This document shows, piece after piece, positions 1 through 7,615 of a stretch of 12,547 nt of DNA. The position numbers were made by a program, and so were the translations under genes. The notes under the pieces were generated by a model. It saw only the letters and a program-made list of their open reading frames with translations. It ran no database searches and was not told the DNA's origin. Origin of the DNA: Elusimicrobiota bacterium (GTDB lineage: Bacteria > Elusimicrobiota > UBA8919). How positions within the stretch are numbered: the stretch's first letter is position 1; every line of letters starts with the position of its first letter. The DNA is taken from contig JBDRIG010000064.1 in assembly GCA_043816185.1 (NCBI GenBank), forward strand, positions 1 through 12,547, given 5' to 3'.

Positions 1-60
1 TTGATTTGTGATACCGTTGATAAATGGTTTTTAAGTAATTCATTTTGAATTCTAAATTCA

Positions 61-137
61 TAATCTAACCCACTTTACATGGTTAGATTATACATGATTT
101 GACGATGACCCCTTGGGTTAGATTTTACATGATTTGA
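61..137. repeat. 10-bp inverted repeat overlapping a 22-bp direct repeat
   Basis: TAATCTAACC (61-70) / GGTTAGATTA (81-90) is a perfect IR. GGTTAGATTATACATGATTTGA (81-102) and GGTTAGATTTTACATGATTTGA (116-137) match 21/22. Confidence 0.75.
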
Positions 138-146
138 TACGGATAC

Positions 147-175
147 TTTACAAAAATAAAATAATTTTATACAAT
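147..175 (+). promoter_or_regulatory. Putative sigma70 promoter for tRNA-Gly
   Basis: TTTACA (147-152), 17-bp spacer, TACAAT (170-175), about 75 bp upstream of the tRNA. Confidence 0.5.
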
Positions 176-251
176 ACTTGCTACTTGTTGGATGAATTTT
201 TTTTCATAATTCATAATTGCCATATAGGTTGTCGAACAAACTTTTATTTAT

Positions 252-322
252 GCGGGTGTGGTCTAATGGCAGAATGTTAGCTTCCCAAGCTGAAGACGGG
301 GGTTCGATTCCCCTCACCCGCT
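252..322 (+). tRNA. tRNA-Gly (anticodon CCC), CCA not encoded
   Basis: Acceptor stem GCGGGTG/CACCCGC; anticodon arm with loop TTCCCAA; T-arm GGGGG-TTCGATT-CCCCT; discriminator U typical of bacterial tRNA-Gly; followed by a T-rich run. Confidence 0.96.
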
Positions 323-430
323 TGTTTTTTTGTGCTCAGTTAGATTTAGTAGAACTTTGTTAAGTTTCAAAAACGGTTTTAATAAGACGATTAAAAAATT
401 AATAAAAATTTTTTTTAAGGGGAAACTAAA

Positions 431-1525
431 ATGGGAAAAATACCGAGTTTAAAAATAGGTAAACTTGAAGCAAGAATACCAATTATTCAGGGAGGGATGA
501 GTGTTGGAATTTCTCTCTCAACTTTGGCTGCCGCTGTGGCAAATGAGGGTGGTATCGGTGTTATAGGTACCGCTGGCATCGGTATGCTTGAGCCTGACTT
601 TAACACAAATTATTTGATAACGAACAGAAGGGCTCTCACGAAAGAAATAAAGCAAGCAAAAAAAAATACCAATGGAATTATTGGTGTAAACATATTAGTG
701 GCTCTTTCAGATTGTGATGAACTCGTGCAGGTTGCTATTGATGAAGGAGTAGATTTAATTTTTGTTGGAGCAGGACTTCCATTAAAAATTCCAAAAACAT
801 TACCGCAAGATAAATTAAAAAAGTTTTTTTCCATGGTTGTTCCGATAATATCTTCACAGCGCGCTACAAAAATTATATTTCAATATTGGGCAAAAGAATA
901 CAACGATGTCCCTAATGCTGTGGTTGTAGAAGGACCTCTGGCGGGAGGGCATCTTGGTTTTAGCAAAGAGCATCTTGACAATCCTGATTATGCACTTGAC
1001 AAAATACTGCCAGAAGTTATTGCCGAAGTAAAACTTTTTGAAAAACAATTTAATAAAAATATTTCTGTAATTGCAGCGGGGGGCATATATACAGGAGCAG
1101 ACATCCATAAATTTATGAATCTTGGTGCTAATGGAGTACAGATGGCAACGAGATTTGTCGCAACCAACGAATGTGATGCCTCTATAAAATTTAAGGATAG
1201 CTATGTTAAGTGCAAAAAAGAAGACCTTATAATAATTGACAGTCCAGTAGGAATGCCGGGAAGAGCTATAAAAAATCAATTTCTTGAAGATGTAGCCAAC
1301 GGTATTGGAAAACCGTTTAAGTGCCCTTGGAAATGTCTAAAAACATGTGAATTCAGAAAAGCACCATATTGTATTGGTCTCTCACTAACCAACGCTAAAA
1401 AAGGAAACATTGAGGAAGGATTCTGTTTTGCAGGAGCAAACGCATATCGTATAGATAAAATTGTTTCCGTCAAAGAACTCGTTAAAACTTTATTGGAAGA
1501 ATACGAAGAGGCATCGTCTAAATAG
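431..1525 (+). CDS. Nitronate monooxygenase / FabK-like (2-nitropropane dioxygenase family) FMN TIM-barrel oxidoreductase
   Basis: PIIQGGMSVG, VEGPLAGGH, VIAAGGI, GVQMATRF and FAGAN motifs; Cys cluster CPWKCLKTC...YC; RBS AAGGGGA upstream. Confidence 0.9.
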   Translation: MGKIPSLKIGKLEARIPIIQGGMSVGISLSTLAAAVANEGGIGVIGTAGIGMLEPDFNTNYLITNRRALTKEIKQAKKNTNGIIGVNILVALSDCDELVQVAIDEGVDLIFVGAGLPLKIPKTLPQDKLKKFFSMVVPIISSQRATKIIFQYWAKEYNDVPNAVVVEGPLAGGHLGFSKEHLDNPDYALDKILPEVIAEVKLFEKQFNKNISVIAAGGIYTGADIHKFMNLGANGVQMATRFVATNECDASIKFKDSYVKCKKEDLIIIDSPVGMPGRAIKNQFLEDVANGIGKPFKCPWKCLKTCEFRKAPYCIGLSLTNAKKGNIEEGFCFAGANAYRIDKIVSVKELVKTLLEEYEEASSK

Positions 1526-1611
1526 TTTCAACTATCCAAAGGAACCCCGTCTGAGAAAACCATAACAATCCCATAGTATTTTTCTGAAGTAAATTTGAAA
1601 TAAAACTAAAT

Positions 1612-2187
1612 ATGATTAATAAAAAATTCTTTCAAAAATTAAAAGAGGACTATCATAAAACAATGAGCGAAAGAAGACAGATTATCAGCATATCTAATGA
1701 TGTGTTGCATGGTGCTAAAAAAATAATTTTTATATTGCATCGTGGAGAAACTAACGAGGCTAAAAAGAAATTTTTTGAAATAGAACTATTTTTACAACAA
1801 CTGAAAAAGAAATTTGGTTATGAACGGGTTATGGAAGAGGGAAGTTATAGAGCAGCGGTAGAAGAATATGTAGAAGCAAAAATGTTTTATTTTGTTATAG
1901 TGAACAAAAAAATTGATAAGATTAAGGAAATTAAACTGGACTGCGACTCTTATTTGGGCGGACTTTGTGATTTAACGGGCGAATTAGTCAGAAGAGCGAT
2001 TAACGAAGCGTCTTCCAATAATTTGAATGAAGTAACCAAAATAAAAAAAATCATCAATGAAATTATGGAAGAATTGATAGAATTTGATATGACGGGTTAT
2101 TTACGAACTAAATACGACCAGGCAAAACATAGTTTGGGAAAAATAGAGCAGCTTGCTTATGAAAAAACAGCAAGAACATCTGCTTGA
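1612..2187 (+). CDS. Translin/Trax family protein (prokaryotic C3PO-like RNase)
   Basis: 191 aa, helical character; AVEEYVEA and YLGGLCDLTGELVRRA match the two translin signature motifs; acidic residues E85, E88, D120, E124 present. Confidence 0.88.
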   Translation: MINKKFFQKLKEDYHKTMSERRQIISISNDVLHGAKKIIFILHRGETNEAKKKFFEIELFLQQLKKKFGYERVMEEGSYRAAVEEYVEAKMFYFVIVNKKIDKIKEIKLDCDSYLGGLCDLTGELVRRAINEASSNNLNEVTKIKKIINEIMEELIEFDMTGYLRTKYDQAKHSLGKIEQLAYEKTARTSA

Positions 2188-2212
2188 CATGCTTTTCCAT
2201 AGATGATGGACA
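2183..2212. repeat. Left copy of 30-bp long-range inverted repeat
   Basis: CTTGACATGCTTTTCCATAGATGATGGACA; its reverse complement matches 12404-12433 at 29/30. Confidence 0.9.
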
Positions 2213-2325
2213 GGGTCGTGATAGCGTCCTGCTTAATCGGGAATTATCTCATACCTCGCTTCTCGTAGGCACGGTCTGTGGTGGCCGCGATTCTTGTTTC
2301 TCATTGTGACGAAATCGCATATTTT

Positions 2326-3918
2326 ATGCCTAAATTAACTTTTTATGGTGGGGTAGACGAAATAGGCGGGAACAAAATTCTGCTCGAAGAGGGTGATACA
2401 AAAGTTTTTCTTGATTTCGGGATGTCTTTTTCTGAAGAAGGAAAGTTTTTTGAATTTCCACTTTTAAGACCTACAAACATTGACGATTTAAGAAAAATAA
2501 ATGTTGTTCCTGAATTAGAAGGACTTTATAAAAATGCCGGACTAAAAGTTATCTATCAGCCAGACGGTGAATTCGCTGTTGATGGCATACCAGAAGATAA
2601 AAGAATAGATGCAATGATTTTATCACATGGACACCTCGATCATTCAGGTTATTTAGGACTCGTAAGGCCAGACATACCAATCTATTCTTCCGCAGCAACA
2701 AAAAAATTCCTTAAATTAAGAAGTGACATTAATAAAAATTGGGCAGGTGAATCGAGTCAGGAATCTTTTGACATTATAGGGGTCGACGAAAAAAGACAAA
2801 TTGGAAAAGATTTAACAATTCGAAGATTTGATGTTGATCATTCCATAGTAGGTGCAAGTGCATATTTGATCCGCACGGAATATAAAAAAATTGTCTACAC
2901 TGGTGATTTCAGATTTCACGGCTACCGCCAAAAAGAAACGGAATATTTCCAAAATGAAATCGCAAAAGAAAATATAGATGTTCTTATTATCGAGGGAACG
3001 CGACTTGGAAGATTAGATGAGGAAAAAGCACTTGACACAGAAGAAGAGGTTTTTGAAACCGCTTGTGAGTTCACAAAAAAAGAAAAAGGACTTGTAATTT
3101 ACGATGCTTCTCCAGCAGATATTGACAGAGTAAAAACACTTTCAAGGGTTGCCAAAGAAACTGGACGAGAAATTGTGATGGACGATAAAAAGGCATATTT
3201 TATTTTATATCTAAATCATAATGAGCAGAAAAATCTTGTCGAGGATCTTCCAGGAATTGAAGATTTTAAGATATATCTATCTCGTGGAAAATTAAAAAAA
3301 ACATCAAAGAAATTTTCCGAAAATATTTTTAGTGAAGATAATTTATTTGTTGAAAATTTTATTGAAGGACGAAGCGGACATCAGAAAATACTTCTTGCTA
3401 GCCAGATTATGAAGTCAAAAAAATCCTTACACAAAAGTGAAAGTGAGAATTATGACACATTTGCAACAACATTAAAAAAATCAAAAAACAAAGAAGATTT
3501 TTTTAAAACAATAAAAATTCCTACTGAAAAATTTATATGGGGACCTCTCGGACGGCAAGAGATATTATCAAATCCTGAAAAATATATTTTATACACGTCA
3601 AACGGGCCTCTGACACTTCTACAGTTTGTTCCCGTCGGAAAAAAAATTGAAGGCACTTATATTTACGGCAAGGCAGAACCGTTCAACGAAGAAATGGAAT
3701 TCTCTTTTGATGTGCTTAAGAATTGGATAAAACTTGCAGGCCTAAATATGAAATATGCACACACCTCGGGACATGCATCGACTGACGATTTAAAAAAATT
3801 TATACAAGCGGTTAAGCCAAAATGTGTTATACCAATTCACACAACAAATGCCACAATGTTTGAAAAATTCACAGATAAAGTTTTAAGACCTGAATTAAAA
3901 AAATCTTTAGAATTGTAA
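2326..3918 (+). CDS. Metallo-beta-lactamase/beta-CASP ribonuclease (RNase J-like, resembles archaeal-type members)
   Basis: Probable start ATG at 2326 (MPKLTFYGGVDEIGGNK); motifs LDFG, SHGHLDH, VDHS, YTGDFR, IEGT, HTSGHA and PIH. Confidence 0.88.
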   Translation: MPKLTFYGGVDEIGGNKILLEEGDTKVFLDFGMSFSEEGKFFEFPLLRPTNIDDLRKINVVPELEGLYKNAGLKVIYQPDGEFAVDGIPEDKRIDAMILSHGHLDHSGYLGLVRPDIPIYSSAATKKFLKLRSDINKNWAGESSQESFDIIGVDEKRQIGKDLTIRRFDVDHSIVGASAYLIRTEYKKIVYTGDFRFHGYRQKETEYFQNEIAKENIDVLIIEGTRLGRLDEEKALDTEEEVFETACEFTKKEKGLVIYDASPADIDRVKTLSRVAKETGREIVMDDKKAYFILYLNHNEQKNLVEDLPGIEDFKIYLSRGKLKKTSKKFSENIFSEDNLFVENFIEGRSGHQKILLASQIMKSKKSLHKSESENYDTFATTLKKSKNKEDFFKTIKIPTEKFIWGPLGRQEILSNPEKYILYTSNGPLTLLQFVPVGKKIEGTYIYGKAEPFNEEMEFSFDVLKNWIKLAGLNMKYAHTSGHASTDDLKKFIQAVKPKCVIPIHTTNATMFEKFTDKVLRPELKKSLEL

Positions 3919-3927
3919 GATTGTTGT

Positions 3928-3956
3928 TTGTTTCTACTGTTTAATTTGTGTACAAT
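3928..3956 (+). promoter_or_regulatory. Possible sigma70 promoter for the PIN-PhoH gene
   Basis: TTGTTT, 17-bp spacer, TACAAT; strong RBS AAGGAGG before ATG 4007. Confidence 0.35.
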
Positions 3957-4006
3957 GCTCCCGATGTTAAAATCTCGTAAAGATAACGAACAAGGAGGAC
4001 AAACAC

Positions 4007-5311
4007 ATGGCAAAAAAAATTTTTATTCTTGACACAAATGTTTTAATTCACGACCCAGAATCGTTTACTGCATTTGAGGATAACACAGTCGTCATACCAA
4101 TGGCAGTAATCGAAGAGCTTGACAATTTAAAAAGAGCTCACGACGAAAGAGGCAGGGCAGCAAGAAGTATTACCAGAAAATTAAATGCTCTTTCTGTGAA
4201 AGGAAAATTAAGTGAGGGCGTTCCTCTTGCTAATGGTGGAAAACTTATAATAGACCTTGAACAAAAAATAAATCTTCCATACGATTTTTCAAATTCAAAA
4301 AAAGATAATCTTATACTCTCAGCAGCATTCACCCATCAGAAAAAAAACGAAAATGTAGTTTTTGTAACGAAAGATATAAATCTTCGTATTAAATCTGAAG
4401 CAATCGGCATTGTTGCAGAGGACTATGAAAAAGAAAAAATAAAGATTGAAGAATTATATCAGGGATATGAGGAAATAACTGTCTCGGAAGACATGATAGA
4501 TAAATTTTACAAAAATAAATCGATTACAGTAAAGAACGAACTTACTGCGAACGAATTTGTGATATTGAAAGATGAATCAAGTCCACAAAAATCTGCTCTT
4601 GCAAAATATGATATAAAATCAAAATCACTCGTTTCTCTTGTCCATAAAGAATCTGTCGTATGGGGATTAAAACCTCTCAATACGGAACAAAAATTTGCGT
4701 TTGAACTTTTGCTTTCAGACAATATTCAATTAATAACACTCGTCGGTGTTCCTGGTGCTGGAAAAACACTTTTATCGCTTGCTGCAGGACTCCAAAAAAC
4801 GATTGATGAAAAAGTCTACAAACGGCTTTTAGTCGGAAAATCGGTCACGCCTGTTGGTAAAGATATTGGTTATTTACCTGGAACGAAAGAGGAAAAAATT
4901 TCACAATGGATGGGTTCAATTTATGACAATCTTGAATTTCTCGTAGATAAAAACAACTTCGATGAAAACACCGAGAATAAAGTACAATATTTCTTTGACA
5001 GTGGAAAAATAGAAATCGAGGCATTAGCATTTTTAAGAGGTAGAAGTATTCCAAGACAGTATATCGTCATTGATGATGCACAAAATCTTACTCCACACGA
5101 GGTAAAAACCATAATTTCCAGAGCAGGTACTGGTACTAAAGTTGTCTTAACGGGCGATCCTTATCAAATAGACAACCCTTATCTTGATGCGGAATCAAAT
5201 GGACTTACATATTTAGTTGAAAGATTCAAAGGACAGGAAATTTACGGACATATAAGTTTCAAAAAAACTGAAAGATCGCAGATGGCGGCACTTGCAGGAG
5301 AACTTTTATAG
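4007..5311 (+). CDS. PIN-domain PhoH-family ATPase (PhoH2/YlaK-like)
   Basis: N-terminal PIN motifs (ILDTNVLIHDP, EELD, DNLIL, VTKDINLR); PhoH domain with Walker A GVPGAGKT, IGYLPG, RGRS, DDAQN and GDPYQID. Confidence 0.93.
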   Translation: MAKKIFILDTNVLIHDPESFTAFEDNTVVIPMAVIEELDNLKRAHDERGRAARSITRKLNALSVKGKLSEGVPLANGGKLIIDLEQKINLPYDFSNSKKDNLILSAAFTHQKKNENVVFVTKDINLRIKSEAIGIVAEDYEKEKIKIEELYQGYEEITVSEDMIDKFYKNKSITVKNELTANEFVILKDESSPQKSALAKYDIKSKSLVSLVHKESVVWGLKPLNTEQKFAFELLLSDNIQLITLVGVPGAGKTLLSLAAGLQKTIDEKVYKRLLVGKSVTPVGKDIGYLPGTKEEKISQWMGSIYDNLEFLVDKNNFDENTENKVQYFFDSGKIEIEALAFLRGRSIPRQYIVIDDAQNLTPHEVKTIISRAGTGTKVVLTGDPYQIDNPYLDAESNGLTYLVERFKGQEIYGHISFKKTERSQMAALAGELL

Positions 5312-5336
5312 GAATTGCTTGTAGAAACTAACACCG

Positions 5337-5425
5337 CTTTGTTAAGCTCGGTTCGTCATTGCGGGCGACAGTGAAGCAATCTCGACGTTGGCTATGAGAT
5401 TGCAACAGTCGCCTGTACATAATGC
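5337..5425. repeat. REP-like palindromic intergenic element (GTCATTGCG...GAAGCAATCTC...GAGATTGC type)
   Basis: GCAATCTC (5376-5383) pairs with GAGATTGC (5396-5403); GCGGGCGAC (5361-5369) pairs with GTCGCCTGT (5408-5416); 5' flank resembles the repeats at 6643 and 12355. Confidence 0.7.
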
Positions 5426-5437
5426 TTCACAATTTTT

Positions 5438-6301
5438 ATGGATACTATTTTTGCAGACTTGCATGTTCACACAAAATATTCTGACGGCACATTTTCGTCA
5501 GAAGAAAGCGTAATATATGCACAAAAAGTAGGACTTGCAGCAATTAGCATAACCGATCACGATACCACCGATGGTATTTCAGCCGCAATCAAGGAAAGTT
5601 TAACGAGGAAAATTGAAGTGATTCCTGGGATAGAACTTTCGGCAGAACTAAAAAATTCTCACCAACAGGAAATGCACATACTTGGCTATTTTATCAATTG
5701 GGAGGATTGTTCTTTTCAACAAAAATTAAAACTTTTAAGAGATGAGAGAGAGAAACGGGCACATCGTATTTTAGATAAACTAAAAAGTTTGGGAATTGAG
5801 TTAGAGGAACAACGGTTGTTTGAAATAGCGGGAGTAGGTGCCATTGGGCGACCTCATTTTGCAAAAATGCTTGTTGAAAAAAAGGTTGTCCCAAATACAT
5901 ATGAAGCGTTTTGGAAATATTTAGGCGAGGGTAAACCAGCATATGTCCCAAAATTCCGTCTCACGTCCGATGAAGCAATAAAAATGATTTCACAAGTCGA
6001 TGGAATCCCAGTTTTAGCACATCCTAATCTTAACAATATCAGTTGCGATACCATAAAATCACTTGTCGATTCTGGATTAAAAGGAATAGAAGTTTGGCAT
6101 AGAAAATATTCACCAGACGAAACGAACAAACTCAAACAAATGGCGAAAAAATTTGGAATGATTGCAACAGGTGGTTCCGACTGCCACGGCACTATGAATA
6201 ATGAACAACCAATAATGGGGACTGTGAAAGTGCCATATTCAGCGGTTCAAGAATTAAAAAAATGCAAAAATAATTTGGATAAAAATCACCATTGTCTCTA
6301 A
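5438..6301 (+). CDS. PHP-domain metal-dependent phosphoesterase (TrpH/YciV/RNase AM-like)
   Basis: DLHVHTKYSDG, ITDHD, GIELS, HILGY, GRPH, VLAHP and GGSDCHG motifs. Confidence 0.92.
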   Translation: MDTIFADLHVHTKYSDGTFSSEESVIYAQKVGLAAISITDHDTTDGISAAIKESLTRKIEVIPGIELSAELKNSHQQEMHILGYFINWEDCSFQQKLKLLRDEREKRAHRILDKLKSLGIELEEQRLFEIAGVGAIGRPHFAKMLVEKKVVPNTYEAFWKYLGEGKPAYVPKFRLTSDEAIKMISQVDGIPVLAHPNLNNISCDTIKSLVDSGLKGIEVWHRKYSPDETNKLKQMAKKFGMIATGGSDCHGTMNNEQPIMGTVKVPYSAVQELKKCKNNLDKNHHCL

Positions 6302-6332
6302 ATCTGATATTGGATTTAGGAAAATTTTTTTC

Positions 6333-6360
6333 TTGACATTTATTTTTAAAGCAATATAAT
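6333..6360 (+). promoter_or_regulatory. Consensus sigma70 promoter for the riboswitch/cob leader
   Basis: TTGACA (6333-6338), 16-bp spacer, TATAAT (6355-6360); the riboswitch stem starts 7 nt downstream. Confidence 0.85.
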
Positions 6361-6366
6361 CAAAAC

Positions 6367-6568
6367 TTGTAATTGAAGGAATTCCGTAATCTCTGTTTGA
6401 TATTGAGAAATTCGGAAGCTGCCCCGCAACGGTGTTATCGCAAATGTCACAGATTTTTAATGGCGGATTGCATAGATAAATTTTTACAACAGTCTATGTA
6501 ATCGTTTTTTCAATCTGTGTAATTTGTGGTTAAGCCCGGTCTATCAATTACAAAAACTTCGAGGGAAG
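6367..6568 (+). ncRNA. Cobalamin (B12) riboswitch
   Basis: Closing stem TTGTAATTGA (6367-6376) / TCAATTACAA (6544-6553); AAGGAA..TTCCG/CGGAA helix; core GCTGCCCCGCAACGGT; B12-box-like TAAGCCCGG; downstream CTTCGAGGGAAG hairpin; lies upstream of cob genes. Confidence 0.85.
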
Positions 6569-6576
6569 AATTCATG

Positions 6577-6623
6577 CCCAATCTCTTTGGACAATCTTCT
6601 TGGAGTTGGGTTTTTTTATTTTT
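6577..6623 (+). terminator. Intrinsic terminator, probable riboswitch expression platform
   Basis: CCCAATCTC...GAGTTGGG stem followed by TTTTTTTATTTTT. Confidence 0.75.
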
Positions 6624-6642
6624 AAGAGGGCTACAGTAGCAT

Positions 6643-6683
6643 TACTTCGTTAAATTTAGTCGTCATTGAGACTGTGTCACAAT
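6643..6683 (+). repeat. Copy 1 of ~42-bp direct repeat ending in GAGACTGTGTCACAAT
   Basis: About 36/42 identical to 12355-12396 by manual alignment. Confidence 0.8.
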
Positions 6684-6861
6684 CCATCTTTTACCATCTA
6701 GTGTTGGATTGCAATACCATATTTTACCATCAGTTGCTATCTTCTATAAAAATGCAACTTTTTAGCTCATTGTAACACAATCTGATTGCCTTCTGCTTGC
6801 AAAAGGCAAGGAAATTATACAAAAAACTCAAGAAATCTGTTACCGAAATTGTGAAGTGTTA

Positions 6862-6937
6862 CACGAAGGAACAAAATATCGGTAGAAAAAAACCACAGAC
6901 AAATCAAAAATTCCGTTAGGAATGACATATTGGTAGA
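6862..6937. repeat. Two degenerate copies of a REP-like unit (..AGGAA..ATAT(C/T)GGTAGA)
   Basis: AGGAACAAAATATCGGTAGA and AGGAATGACATATTGGTAGA, about 50 bp apart. Confidence 0.5.
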
Positions 6938-6961
6938 CCGGTGTCTCGAACTTCAACACAT

Positions 6962-7009
6962 GGGATTGCTTCGTCGTCCCGACACAAATCGGGACTTCTC
7001 GTAATGACG
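6962..7009. repeat. Right arm of a REP-like element (GATTGCTTCGTCG...CTCGTAATGACG) with internal hairpin
   Basis: GTCCCGA-CACAAA-TCGGGAC hairpin; GATTGCTTC is complementary to GAAGCAATC at 5373; AATGACG is complementary to CGTCATT at 6661. Confidence 0.65.
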
Positions 7010-7095
7010 AGCTTCGTCCTGCAATAACTTTTTACTTATTTTCCTTGCAGTTTCGTCGTTGTTTCAAGGAACTTTTGTTTTTTTTGGTGGAACTT

Positions 7096-7614
7096 ATGAT
7101 ACAAATTTATACAGGTAATGGAAAAGGCAAAACAACCGCTGCGATGGGTTTGGTTTTAAGAGCGTTAGGTCACGAAATGAAAATTTGCATAGTTCAGTTT
7201 TTTAAAAACCAAAATTTTTATGGCGAACAAAAAATCCTCAAAAAATTTAAAAATCTCAAATTTTATTCGTTTATCAAAAAGCATCCACATCTTTATCCTG
7301 CAAGCGAAATAAAAATAAAAGATATTAAAAAGGAATGCGAAAAAGCAGTAGTTTTAATTGAAAAAATAATGAAAGAAAAAAAATATGATTTACTGATTCT
7401 TGATGAATTAAATATAGTTATTCGCGATAAATTCATTGAGTTATCTAAAATTGTTAAACTTCTAAAAGAAGCGCCAAAAGAAATGGAAATTGTTATGACG
7501 GGAAGAGATGCCAACAAAAAAATACTTAAACTCGCTGACTTAATAACTGATATGCATATCATTAAACATCCATACTACGATGGCATAAAATCACGCAAAG
7601 GAATTGATTACTAA
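7096..7614 (+). CDS. cobO: Cob(I)yrinic acid a,c-diamide adenosyltransferase (CobO/BtuR/CobA type)
   Basis: Probable start ATG 7096; IQIYTGNGKGKTTAAMG, VQFFK, LILDEL, MTGR and KHPY..G...RKGIDY motifs. Confidence 0.93.
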   Translation: MIQIYTGNGKGKTTAAMGLVLRALGHEMKICIVQFFKNQNFYGEQKILKKFKNLKFYSFIKKHPHLYPASEIKIKDIKKECEKAVVLIEKIMKEKKYDLLILDELNIVIRDKFIELSKIVKLLKEAPKEMEIVMTGRDANKKILKLADLITDMHIIKHPYYDGIKSRKGIDY

Positions 7615-7615
7615 T

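Noticed and set aside
73..137. Resemblance of CTTTACAT..GGTTAGATTATAC to type I-B CRISPR repeats
   Set aside because: Only two units with a 35-bp period (13-bp gap), far too short for repeat plus spacer, and no cas genes in the window.
252..340. tRNA-Gly as the integration site of a genomic island
   Set aside because: No integrase and no duplicated tRNA 3' end seen in the window.
2278..2325. Extended N-terminus of the beta-CASP ORF from GTG 2278
   Set aside because: The family motif begins right after ATG 2326 and the extension has no motif support.
5438..6301. PHP protein as a substitute for the missing CobC phosphatase
   Set aside because: It lies upstream of the cob promoter and riboswitch and looks like an ordinary YciV/TrpH family member; there is no sequence support.
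6668..6860. Complete MITE bounded by TCACAAT...ATTGTGA
   Set aside because: Only 7 bp of complementarity, no match to the GAGACTGTG part and no target duplication.
7045..7095. Extended N-terminus of cobO from TTG 7045
   Set aside because: Homology begins at MIQIYTG, and GGTGG upstream of ATG 7096 is a plausible RBS.
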